A stretch of 64,000 nt of DNA from an uncultured Candidatus Rokubacteria bacterium (lineage in GTDB: Bacteria; Methylomirabilota; Methylomirabilia; Rokubacteriales; CSP1-6): contig CAVWFS010000007.1 in NCBI GenBank assembly GCA_963754315.1, positions 480,001-544,000 of the forward strand. The letters run 5' to 3'. The position numbers and the translations under genes were made by a program. Below the pieces are notes generated by a model, which did not search any database, was not told the DNA's origin, and saw nothing but the letters and a program-made list of their open reading frames with translations. Numbering within the stretch: the stretch's first letter is position 1; the number at the start of each line of letters is the position of its first letter. Shown one piece after another: positions 39,249 to 48,596 of the stretch.

Positions 39249-39998
39249 CTACCGGGCTTCAGAGATCGTCGGCGGAGGGATCGTGGCCGGCCATCGTGCC
39301 AGATCGAGAGCAGCGGACGGCCCATCGTAGACCAGCAGCCCCTCGGCGAGGGAGATGATCCGGTGCGCGTGCGCTCGAGCGAGGGTCGCAGATGCCACGC
39401 TGGCCAGAATGGCCATGCGCTCCGCGCGAGCCAGAACGTGGAGAGTAGCCAGGAGCACCCCGGCCTCGCGGGCATCGAGGCTCGCGTCGATCTCGCGCAC
39501 GATCAAATGATCCGGATGCCGAGCGATCTCACGAGCAATCACCAGGCGGGCCCGCCCCTGCGAATCGAGCCGCGCCACGTCCTGCCGGGCCATCTCGCTC
39601 AGGCCAAGCCTGGCCAGGGCGTCGAGCGCTGCCCTTCGCTCGCCCGGCACGGGGAGACGCAGAAAGCCCAGGAGCGCCGGCACACCCGGTCGTCGCGCGG
39701 CCAGGGTATTCCAGAGTACCGAGCGCGAGGCGACGAGGGGCAGAGTCAGGTCAGCGTCGCCCACCCGAGCTCGGAGTCGTCCAGTGGTCTCCCGGGTCAT
39801 GGGGACGCGCCCGACATAGGCGCGTCCCTCCTCAGGCAGCCGACGGCCGGAGACCACGTCGAGGAGCGCCAGGCGCTCGGCGGCATCCCGCGCGACGACG
39901 ACCGTCAACGAGGCTGATCCGATCTGGGCACAGACGCGATGAAGAAGCCACCCCTGCCCTGGCTCTCGCGGTACACCGACGCCGAGCAGCTCGATCAT
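39249..39998 (-). CDS. Degenerate PhnC-like ABC ATPase-fold protein (catalytic motifs lost)
   Basis: ABC ATPase layout with PhnC-like LVASRSVLWNTL and HRIISLAEGLLVYDG, but Walker A is ARDAAERL, the signature is LDSQG and Walker B is LIVRE. Confidence 0.65.
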   Translation of the reverse strand: MIELLGVGVPREPGQGWLLHRVCAQIGSASLTVVVARDAAERLALLDVVSGRRLPEEGRAYVGRVPMTRETTGRLRARVGDADLTLPLVASRSVLWNTLAARRPGVPALLGFLRLPVPGERRAALDALARLGLSEMARQDVARLDSQGRARLVIAREIARHPDHLIVREIDASLDAREAGVLLATLHVLARAERMAILASVASATLARAHAHRIISLAEGLLVYDGPSAALDLARWPATIPPPTISEAR

Positions 39999-40067
39999 GA
40001 AGCCATCCGTCGATGGAACTCGAGCCACAACGGCTCGCGCTTCACGAATCGCTCTCGGTCGCTGGAA

Positions 40068-40985
40068 TCATGCACGGACTCGCTCGAAGGTCTCGCGTAG
40101 CAGCATCCCGTGCCGGACCCCGTGCGCTGCGACCAGCAGACCGCGGTAGCCGCCGAGCCGAATCAGCTCCTCCAGGACGAGGGTTCCTGCTACCACCACG
40201 TCAGCTCGGGTCGGTTTGAGGCCGGGAAACTGCCGGCGCTCTGCGAGCGGCAAGGTCGCCAGGCGGTGGCGCATCGCCTCCACCTCGGCCAGCGATAGTC
40301 GCAGTCGCTGCGCGGCTCCTCGCCTGACTTCACGCCCCATCAAGCGGGCCAGGGCCCGCGCGGTCCCTCCGATCCCGATCAGAGGCTCGCCGTCGCGAGC
40401 AGCCGGTAACAGGTCCCCGGCGGCAACGCGAACACGATGGCGCAGGGCGTCCAGCTCCTCCGGCGTGGGCGGATCGGAGGCGAGAAAGCGCTGAGTAGTC
40501 CGCAGCGCTCCCAGTGGAAGGCTGCCGAGCGCCACAGGTTCTCCCTCGCAGATCGCCGAGAGTTGAAGGCTGCACCCACCGAGGTCGACCACGACCGCAT
40601 CACGGAGCTGGAGTGAGGCACGTGCCGCGAGGGCACCCAGGCGCGCCTCCTCATCAGCGTTCAGGACGGCCACCTCCAGCCCTGCCCCGACGCGAAGACG
40701 CTCGAGCAGCTCCTCGGCGTTGGGAGCATCTCGTACGGCGGCCGTTGCGATGGCGAGGACCCGACTGGGTGGCTCCCGTCGCGGCATGCTCAGGAAGCGC
40801 GTCACCGCCTCGGCCGTCGCTAGGATGGCCTCGGCCGGCAGCGCCCCGTCCGCTCCCGAGCCGAGCCGCGTCTGCGCCCGCGTGTCGAGCAGCACCTGAT
40901 AGCCCGCGCCTGGCACGATCCGCACGAGCATGAAACGCACAGAGTTCGAGCCCAGATCGATGAGCGCGGTCAATTCGGGGCCCAC
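40068..40985 (-). CDS. ppx: Ppx/GppA exopolyphosphatase (short form)
   Basis: IDLGSNSVR, ATAAVRDA, EEARL, DLGGCSLQ, GIGGTAR, RADVV, GVRHG. Confidence 0.9.
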   Translation of the reverse strand: MGPELTALIDLGSNSVRFMLVRIVPGAGYQVLLDTRAQTRLGSGADGALPAEAILATAEAVTRFLSMPRREPPSRVLAIATAAVRDAPNAEELLERLRVGAGLEVAVLNADEEARLGALAARASLQLRDAVVVDLGGCSLQLSAICEGEPVALGSLPLGALRTTQRFLASDPPTPEELDALRHRVRVAAGDLLPAARDGEPLIGIGGTARALARLMGREVRRGAAQRLRLSLAEVEAMRHRLATLPLAERRQFPGLKPTRADVVVAGTLVLEELIRLGGYRGLLVAAHGVRHGMLLRETFERVRA

Positions 40986-40993
40986 GAGCGACT

Positions 40994-41048
40994 ACCATAC
41001 GGTGGGCGGCGTGCCAACTTCGTGACGGCGGCGTAAATTTTCGGTGAC
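40994..41048 (-). promoter_or_regulatory. Pho box and -10 element of ppx
   Basis: GTCACC/TTTACG/GTCACG/GGCACG at 11-bp period, then TATGGT 10 bp downstream. Confidence 0.7.
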
Positions 41049-41057
41049 GGACGGGCG

Positions 41058-41591
41058 CTAACGCGAGGCGATCTTGTCCCGGTAGAGCCGCACGGCGGCC
41101 CGAATGACCTCCTCCGCATCGACCCGCCCTTGCATGTGCTCGACGTTCACCCGCTTGTTCTCGAGAACCTTGTAATCCAGAAAGAAGCGCTCCAGCTCCT
41201 TCAAGCGGTGCGGCGGCAGCTCGGAGATGTCCCGGTAGTGGGCGTACTCGGGATCATCGACGTGAACGGCGATGATCTTGTCATCCTGTCCCTTGTCGTC
41301 CGTCATGGTGAGGACGCCGATGGCCCGGGCGCGCAGGATGCAGAGGGGAACGACCGGCTCCTGACCGAGCACGAGGACGTCGAGCGGATCGTCGTCGGGG
41401 CAGAAAGTTTGCGGCAGGAAACCATAGTTCGCTGGATAGTGGACCGCGCTGTACAGCACCCGGTCGAGCCACAAGAGCCCCGTCCGCTTGTCCAGCTCGT
41501 ACTTAAGCTTCGAGCCCTTGGAGATCTCGATAATCACGCGGAAATGCACCTCGATGTGGTCGCCCAACTCGACATCGTGCCAGGGATGCAT
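41058..41591 (-). CDS. ppa: Family I soluble inorganic pyrophosphatase
   Basis: HPWHD, KYELDK, DRVLYS, YPANYGF, DDDPLDV, DDKII, FFLDYK. Confidence 0.95.
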   Translation of the reverse strand: MHPWHDVELGDHIEVHFRVIIEISKGSKLKYELDKRTGLLWLDRVLYSAVHYPANYGFLPQTFCPDDDPLDVLVLGQEPVVPLCILRARAIGVLTMTDDKGQDDKIIAVHVDDPEYAHYRDISELPPHRLKELERFFLDYKVLENKRVNVEHMQGRVDAEEVIRAAVRLYRDKIASR

Positions 41592-41663
41592 CCAGTCGCC
41601 TCCACCCGACGTTGCCTTCCCCTTCACTCTACCCGGAAGGTCGGTGTCGAGACGAGAGGCGTT

Positions 41664-42248
41664 TCAACGCGCCGAGAGCACCTCGGCCCGGGGCTTCGCC
41701 AGGGAGAGCGGACGCGCAGCCACATCGAGGAGGCGGTCGGCCACCACCCGATCGTTGGTGACCCTCGGCACTTTGTGCTGGTCGCCGAGCCGGCCCGTCT
41801 CCCGCATCCACCGGTAGAAGGTTCCGGCCGGCAGTTCGATCACGCGCGGTTCTACCATACCCATCCCCGCCGTGCGCTTGGTACGGTAGTCGGTGTTGAG
41901 AGTCATCAGCGTCTCGTCAAGAGTCTGGCGAAAGACGTCGACCGAGCAGCGAGGCGGCTCGGCGAACTCCACCAGCCAGTCGTGCCCGCCCCGTGGCTCC
42001 TGGGCCGATGGATAGCGTGGGGCCACCGTGAACTCCACGGCCTCGGCATGGGCTCGCCGACAGGCCGCCCCCAGGGCGCGCTCGACCTCCTCCACAATGA
42101 CATTCTCGCCAAAGGCGTTGAGGGACACCACATGCTGCGGCCCGACCTCTACCTCGGCCACGGTGTGACGGCGCGGCGCGGCCGCGCCCAGGTCCTCGCC
42201 GGGGACGAACTCGTAGAAGACGCCGTAGTCGACGCCGCGCGTGATCAT
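41664..42248 (-). pseudogene. GH3 (acyl-adenylate-forming, auxin-responsive family) C-terminal remnant
   Basis: DYGVFYEFVP, LNAFGENVIVEEVE, HDWLVEF, NTDYRTKR, GRLGDQHKVPR. The N-terminal domain and the Y-x-x-GD segment are missing. Confidence 0.65.
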
Positions 42249-43039
42249 CGGCCGACGGCGGTCGCGAGCGAGAGTTGGGCCCGGCGCTCCCACGTCTCGT
42301 AGAGCCACTCCTTGACGATGGCGTTGAAGGCGTACGGTTGCTCGAGCATGGGCGCATGCCCACAATTGGTGAGGGTCCAGAACTGGGAATGGGGGATGAG
42401 GGTGTGAAAGCGCTCTCCCACCGCGACGGGGGTGATGCGATCGTCCTTGCCCCACACGATCAGGGCCGGCGCCCGGATGCTCCCCAGGTGCCGCGCGATG
42501 TTGTGGCGGCGGGTGGCCTGGGCAAAGCGGAGCACACGCCGCGCGGTGAAACGCTCGGTCACCAGACGACGAACCGATTCCACCCACGCAGGTGTCACGA
42601 GGGACGGGTCATGGAAGACCTCCTCCATCCTGGCGCGGACGTACGCGGTCGAGGGCCGATGGGGCGCCCGCCCGCCTATGGTCCGCTCGAAGAGACCCGA
42701 GGAGCCAGTCAGGATGAGCCCGGCCACGCGCTCGGGCTCGGTCAGGGCCACGTGGAGTGCCACGTGGCCGCCAAGAGAGTTTCCCCCCAGGACGACGCGA
42801 TGAAGATCGAGCGCATCCAGGAAGCGAACGACGTGTCGGCCGAGCTCGTCGACCGACGTCTCGGCGAGCCCGGGATCGAAGATCGGTAACGCCAGAGCAA
42901 GCGGCCGGCCGACCTCGGCCAAGGTCTCCAGCGAGACCTCCCAGTGGTACATGCCCCCCAGGAGTCCGTGCAGGAACAGGAGGGGCTCGCCAGTGCCCCT
43001 CTCGATCCACCGAAACTCTACGCCTTCACCATTCCTCAT
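42245..43039 (-). CDS. Alpha/beta hydrolase
   Basis: LFLHGLLG, GNSLGG, WGKDDRITP, CGHAPMLE. Confidence 0.88.
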   Translation of the reverse strand: MRNGEGVEFRWIERGTGEPLLFLHGLLGGMYHWEVSLETLAEVGRPLALALPIFDPGLAETSVDELGRHVVRFLDALDLHRVVLGGNSLGGHVALHVALTEPERVAGLILTGSSGLFERTIGGRAPHRPSTAYVRARMEEVFHDPSLVTPAWVESVRRLVTERFTARRVLRFAQATRRHNIARHLGSIRAPALIVWGKDDRITPVAVGERFHTLIPHSQFWTLTNCGHAPMLEQPYAFNAIVKEWLYETWERRAQLSLATAVGR

Positions 43040-43069
43040 TCCCGCCCTCCTCATCCATGGTCACCCATG

Positions 43070-43124
43070 AGTGTGGGCGAGACGTGTTACACGCGTGTGC
43101 GAACCACCATGAAATTCTCGTGAA
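43070..43124 (-). promoter_or_regulatory. Pho-box-like repeats in the divergent promoter at the island boundary
   Basis: TTCACG/TTCATG/CGCACA/GTAACA at 11-12 bp spacing, then CACACT. Confidence 0.5.
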
Positions 43125-43149
43125 GGTGCCGTTGTGCTACCGTCCGGTC

Positions 43150-43677
43150 ATGGGGAACCGGGCCCTCTTTCTCGACTGGGGTGGCACGCTCGTCCTCACG
43201 CGAGACAACCGTACAGTGCTCGATGAGGATGGTCATCCGGTCCTCATGCCCCATGTCCCCGAGCGACTGGCCGCTGTCCGATCCAGGTTCGACGCATGCT
43301 TCATCGTGAGCAACCAGGGCCGGATCGGGCGTGAGGAGATCACGGAGGCCGAGGTGATCGCGCGTTTTTGGTGGCTCAACTCGCGTCTGGGCGCCCCCTT
43401 CACCGACTGGCGTCTCTGCCCTCACCAAGCCGGTGGGGGGTGTCTGTGCCGCAAGCCCCAGCCCGGAATGTTTCTTGACCTGGCCGCGGCGTGGGGCCTC
43501 GATCTCGACCGTTCGGTCCACGTGGGCGATTCCCCGAGTGATCGTGAGGCCGCCGCTGCCGCCGGAATCCAAACCTTTCACTGGGCTCATGACTTCTTCG
43601 GCTGGAAATCTTCCGTACGAACGGTCACCAGCGACGCCGGACCCGCGGCCCTTGAAATGAGGGGCCCGGCGTCGTAG
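43150..43677 (+). CDS. HAD-IIIA hydrolase (GmhB/HisB-N-like)
   Basis: LFLDWGGTL, VSNQGRIG, CPH...CLCRKPQPGM, VGDSPSD. Confidence 0.85.
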   Translation: MGNRALFLDWGGTLVLTRDNRTVLDEDGHPVLMPHVPERLAAVRSRFDACFIVSNQGRIGREEITEAEVIARFWWLNSRLGAPFTDWRLCPHQAGGGCLCRKPQPGMFLDLAAAWGLDLDRSVHVGDSPSDREAAAAAGIQTFHWAHDFFGWKSSVRTVTSDAGPAALEMRGPAS

Positions 43678-43691
43678 GGTTCATAGCCAAG

Positions 43692-44108
43692 ATGTGGAAA
43701 AGAGTGGTCCGGCAAAGCACCCGGCTCCTGATGGTCGGACTGGCAGGCGTCGCGCTGGCCACCTGGGCGGTCGCTGACCCGACTCCGCCACCACTGAAGT
43801 CGAGCACGATCACGGGTATCGGCGTCGTGCTGACCGCTCCGAACGGCATGACCTTGTACGTCTACCTCAACGATCGCGAGCCCGGGAAGAGCGTGTGCAC
43901 AGGCGCCTGTGAGACGAACTGGCCGCCGTTTCGCCCTGCCGCCGATGCGGCCACCCCTCAGGACCCCTTGGCGTTGATCACGCGGCTCGACAAATCAAAG
44001 CAGTACGCGTACAAGGGCAAGCCGCTCTACTATTGCAAGACCGACAAGAAGCCCGGAGATGTCACCGGCCATAAGTTCCGGGATTTCTGGTTGGCCGCCC
44101 AGCCATGA
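43692..44108 (+). CDS. Secreted COG4315-type (Yx(FWY)xxD) protein
   Basis: Signal peptide, GMTLYVYLND, SVCTGACETNWPP, QYAYKGKPLYY...DKKPGDVTG. Confidence 0.8.
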   Translation: MWKRVVRQSTRLLMVGLAGVALATWAVADPTPPPLKSSTITGIGVVLTAPNGMTLYVYLNDREPGKSVCTGACETNWPPFRPAADAATPQDPLALITRLDKSKQYAYKGKPLYYCKTDKKPGDVTGHKFRDFWLAAQP

Positions 44109-44641
44109 GTCGCACCGGACTGCTGCTGGCTGTACTCGCTCTGGCCTCGATGCTCACGGCCACGTCGTCGGCCCTCGCCCACCCGTCGACCGTACCGCCC
44201 GCCGAAGAATCCGCCGGCCCCACGGCTTTCGGGGTCCTCCCAGGCCTGGCGGCAGCGATCGCGGAGGAGGCACCGAATGAGGACTGGCAGGCGGTTGCCA
44301 GTGCCGGGCACCCTGCCGGCGCGGCCATCGGGCTCGCCGTGGCCATGCTGGTGCTGCTGGCGTTCCGCCGCCGTGACGCGCTCGCCGTCGCCACCGTGCT
44401 CGCCAGCCTCGTGCTGATCTTCGAGAACGGCGTGCACTCGGTCCACCACCTCGGAGACGATCAGGGAGCCTCCGAATGCGCCGCCGCAGTGGCCACGACG
44501 CATCTTGCCGGGGCGTCGACCGAGCCACCTTCGGCCGAGGCATTCCACGTTCTTCGTCACGAGCGCCTGGCGGCCACTACACCCGCGATCCCCGCCTGCC
44601 AGACGTTCCGACCGGATATCGGCCGCGCCCCTCCGATGTAG
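44105..44641 (+). CDS. His-rich membrane protein ending in RAPP (DUF2946-like leader, copy 1)
   Basis: Signal peptide, two TM segments, GVHSVHH...ECAAA, C-terminal IGRAPPM. Confidence 0.65.
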   Translation: MSRTGLLLAVLALASMLTATSSALAHPSTVPPAEESAGPTAFGVLPGLAAAIAEEAPNEDWQAVASAGHPAGAAIGLAVAMLVLLAFRRRDALAVATVLASLVLIFENGVHSVHHLGDDQGASECAAAVATTHLAGASTEPPSAEAFHVLRHERLAATTPAIPACQTFRPDIGRAPPM

Positions 44642-44786
44642 CGGGAGCGGGAGGCGAGACGCTCCCGCCCAAGCCCTCGTTCGACGATCCGAGCTGGTGC
44701 CAAAGGTCAACCGCCGATCTACCTGCGCTCACGCCGGGGCACGGACGCCAGGATCGGCCATATCGAGTTCGGAACAGGAGGTCTTG

Positions 44787-45705
44787 TTGCAAGGTTCTTT
44801 TGGGAGGAGCCTTCTCCGGAGGGTCCCATGCATCCTCGTATCAGGTGCCGTGCACCTCGCGCTGGTCGTGTCAGTGCTGGCGGTGGGGCTCCACGTGGCC
44901 CCGCGGTTCGAGGCGATGATCCATGCGGAGCTGGTGCCTCACGAGGTTCAGACGCCGCGGCCGCCCAGCGTTGAGTCGAGAATCACACTGCCGCGACCAA
45001 AGCCCGCTGCGCCTGCCACGCGTCCGCGTCGTTCCGCCTCGTCTCGTCGAGACGGCGATGCCCACGGTGGAATCTCCCGCACCCCCTCGGGATATACCGC
45101 CCCCTCCCCCGACGGAGTCCCCGCGTGCGAAGGTGGAGATAATCGACGCGCCGCGTCCCGACCCCGCGAAGGTTGCTCCCCCGGAGCCTCTTCCATCCAC
45201 ACCAGAACCACCGCTGGCGTCCGCGGGAGGCGGAGCGGCTCCGAACCCAGGGCGGTTACCAGGCGGGGGCGGCGGCCCGAACACCACGACATCCTCCGAG
45301 AGCCTACCGAGCGGTGTCTCGATGCTTACTCCCGGTCGCTCCGCCGGGGCAGGCGGTGCGGCAGCGGGCGGCGGCGGAGGCAGTGGTCCGGGGACGGCAT
45401 CGCTGAGCGGTGACCGCGGTGGCGGTGTCACCCGTACGGCTATCCCTCGCGGGGGATATCAGGTCCAGCCACGATATCCGACGAACGCCCGCCGCCTCGG
45501 GATCCAGGGCACGACCCTTCTTCGCGTCTTCGTGTCGACCGACGGTCGGGTCACAGAGGTGGGGGTCGAGCAGACAGCCGGGCACACCGACCTCGATGAG
45601 GCGGCAGCCGACGCCGTACGCCGCTGGCGCTTTGAACCAGCGCGACGCGGTGACGAACCCGTCGGCATGTGGGTTCTCCTCCCGGTCGAGTTCCGTCTCA
45701 AGTGA
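44787..45705 (+). CDS. tonB: Energy transducer TonB (frameshift near 45020)
   Basis: SGAVHLALV TM anchor, Pro-rich linker, PRYPTNARRLGIQG...AVRRWRFEPA. Confidence 0.85.
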
Positions 45706-46289
45706 GCACGTTGGCAACCACGCCTCCGTGCCCGTCTCGAGCCGCCACGCGGCGATGGGCGTGCACGGTGACTCTCTTCCTGGCGATCCTGGCCACCCTT
45801 GCGATGATCGCGCCCTCTCACGCCCATCAGGCTCCTCCGGCGACCGCACCAATGCCTGGTGTCGCCGTGAGCGAGGATCCTATCGGAGCGGCAAGCCCCG
45901 TCCCGACGCCGCGTGTTCCCGCGTCGCCCGGTGTTGATCGTGACCTGTCCACGATCGTCCTCCTGCTCGCTCTCATCCCGTTGGTAGGCGTCATGCGGCG
46001 ACGGCGCCCGATCGCCTTCGTCCTCACTCTCGTCGCCCTCGCCCTCACGTTCGAGACGGGCGTCCACTCGGTCCACCACTTCGGATCTCCGTCAGAAGCG
46101 GCCCACTGCGCCGTTGCTGCGGCCACCACCCACTCTCCCGGGGTCGTCGGCGAGACAGGAGCCGAGCTCCGCGCGCCGGCCCGTGGCCGCGGCGACGTCG
46201 TGAACGCCGCTGGTGAGACGCGTACCTTGCGCGTCCACCGCGCCTTTCGCGGCCGCGCTCCGCCGGACCCCGCCCTCGCCTGGCTCTAA
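45702..46289 (+). CDS. His-rich membrane protein ending in RAPP (DUF2946-like leader, copy 2)
   Basis: Paralogous to 44105: FETGVHSVHH...HCAVAAATTH, C-terminal FRGRAPP. Confidence 0.65.
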   Translation: MSTLATTPPCPSRAATRRWACTVTLFLAILATLAMIAPSHAHQAPPATAPMPGVAVSEDPIGAASPVPTPRVPASPGVDRDLSTIVLLLALIPLVGVMRRRRPIAFVLTLVALALTFETGVHSVHHFGSPSEAAHCAVAAATTHSPGVVGETGAELRAPARGRGDVVNAAGETRTLRVHRAFRGRAPPDPALAWL

Positions 46290-46456
46290 TCCGGTCGCCC
46301 GCTCGGCCTCGGCCAGGCGCGGCGACATCGCGTCCACGTTCTCTTTGCCGGAGGGGTGTGTCATGGCTCGGCGATCGCTCGCCGTGCGTTGAGGCCCCGA
46401 ACAGGGTCGCGGCCCTTAGCCGCACGCTTTCCTGACCGGCTACGGAGAGTTTCGGC

Positions 46457-48596
46457 ATGTACCGTCTGGCTACCTTGGCCCTCGTGGTGCTCGTCACCAC
46501 ACCAGCCTTCGCTCAGCAACCAACTCCGGCGCCGCCGGCAGAGGCCCCGCCCACCCTCTCCCCGGTTGTGGTGGAGGGCCCGCGTATCTTCCCCGAGCGC
46601 ACCTCCACCACCGAGCAAGCGCGGGAAGAGATCCAGAGCACCGTCCCGGGCGGCGCCGAGGTGGTCGGCGAGACGATCATTCGAGAATCACTTGGCGCCA
46701 ACCTCAGGAACGTGCTGGACTTCGTCCCCGGCGTCCTCGTGCGGCCCCGCTTCGGCCTGGCCGACGAGATGCAGTTTTCTATCCGCGGCTCCGCGCTTCA
46801 GAACAACTTCCACCAGCGTGGAGTGAACTTCCTGTTCAACGGGTTTCTCTACGGCCAGGCCGACGGCTTCAGCGACTTCGAGTCCATCGAGCTGATGGAC
46901 GTCAAGCGCATCGAGGTCTTCAAGGGAGCCAACGCCCTCCGCTTCGGCGCCAACTCCATCGGGGGCGCCGTGAACTTCGTCACCAAGACCGGCTACGACG
47001 CCGGCCCCTTCGAGATCTGGAGCGAGGGCGGGTCCTACGGCTTCTACAAGCAGCACCTGGCGACCGGCCAGGTCCATGGACCCTTCGACTTCTACGGGGG
47101 CGCCAGCATCACGGGTCTGTCCGGCTACCGCCAGCACAGCCAGCAGCATCGCTACCGGTTCAACACCAGCAGCGGCTGGGACTTCGGAGGCGGGATGACC
47201 GCGCGCTTCGATCTCGGCTTCGTGCGCAGCGAGGAGAACCTGCCGGGCGCCCTCACCCGACCCCAGTTCGAGGCGGATCCTCAGCAGCGCAACCCCTCTA
47301 CCGCGTTCGCCAACGAACAGCGCGACTACAACTACCCGAACGGCGCCTTCACGTTCCGGCTCCCGCTCACGGCTGATCAGCAGCTCGTCTCGCTGACCCA
47401 GCTCAACTACCAGGACCTCTTCCACCCGCTCGCCTTCGCGATCATCGACCAGACCACGTACAACTGGAGCCAGGAGATCCGATACATCAATACCGCGTCG
47501 CTCGGCGGGTCACCGGAACCTGCTCACGGCCGGCTTCCAGTACTTCGCCACCAACCAGAACAGCGCCCAGCAGCAGAACAGAGGCAACGCTAATGCCGGG
47601 CGCCTCATCAAGAACGAGGTGGCGCAGTCAGCCAACTATGGCTGGTACGGGGAGGACGTCTTCGGGATCACCTCGGCCGTGTCTCTCGTGGGAGGCTTAC
47701 GGCTCCAGTACTCCACGCGTGAGATCCGCGATCGACTCTTCAGTGATCCATTTCCTGACGTCGACGGTAATGACTCGGGCAGCGTGAACTTCTTCGGCGC
47801 CAGCCCCAAGTTCGGCACCATCTGGCAGGTGACACCCTCGATCCAGGTCTACGGCAACGCGAGCCGCGCCTATCAGCCACCGCTCCTGCTCGAGCTGACC
47901 GCCCCCGGGCAGATTCCGGGTACCTTGGACGATCTCAACGCAACGTCTGCCTGGCAGTTCGAGATCGGGACACGGGGTAGTTGGGGACAGCGTGCCACCT
48001 GGGATATCTCTGTCTACGATTACGAGGTATGGGACGCGATCCAGAATGTCAACATCCAGCCCTTCCCGGGCGCACCCTTCACCATTCCCCGCTTTCAGAA
48101 CATCCCGCGCTCGCGCAACCTCGGAGTCGAGGTCGGCCTCGATGTTCAGCTCCTCACGGACGTTGCTCGAGCGCTCGGCCTCGGGCGGGCCGCCGACCAG
48201 ATCCGGGCGCGCCTGGCCTATACCTACTCGAATTTCCGCTTCGTCAACAACCCGATGTTCAACAACAACTTCCTGCCGGGTGCGCCGGAGCACTTCATCC
48301 GGGCCGAGGTGCGCTACGAGAGCTCGCTCGGGTTCTATGTCGCTCCCCAGTTCGAGAACGTGCCCAAGCGCTACTTCGTCAACAGCACCAACTTGAACGC
48401 CACCTCGCCCTACGCCCTCGTGGGAATCCAAATGGGTTATACGTACAAGCCGTGGAACATGAGCCTGTACTTCCAGGGCGCGAACCTGGCCAACAAGTCG
48501 TACATCTCGGCGGTCGTCACCGACGACGCCCTCGGGCAATCCTTTTATCCCGGCGACGGCCGAGGCTTTTACGGAGGCCTCCAATGGCGATGGTAG
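46457..48596 (+). CDS. TonB-dependent receptor (frameshift near 47515)
   Basis: Signal peptide, LSPVVVEG TonB box, plug FSIRGS...RIEVFKGANALRFG...GGAVNF, NLANKSY, C-terminal GGLQWRW. Confidence 0.9.
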
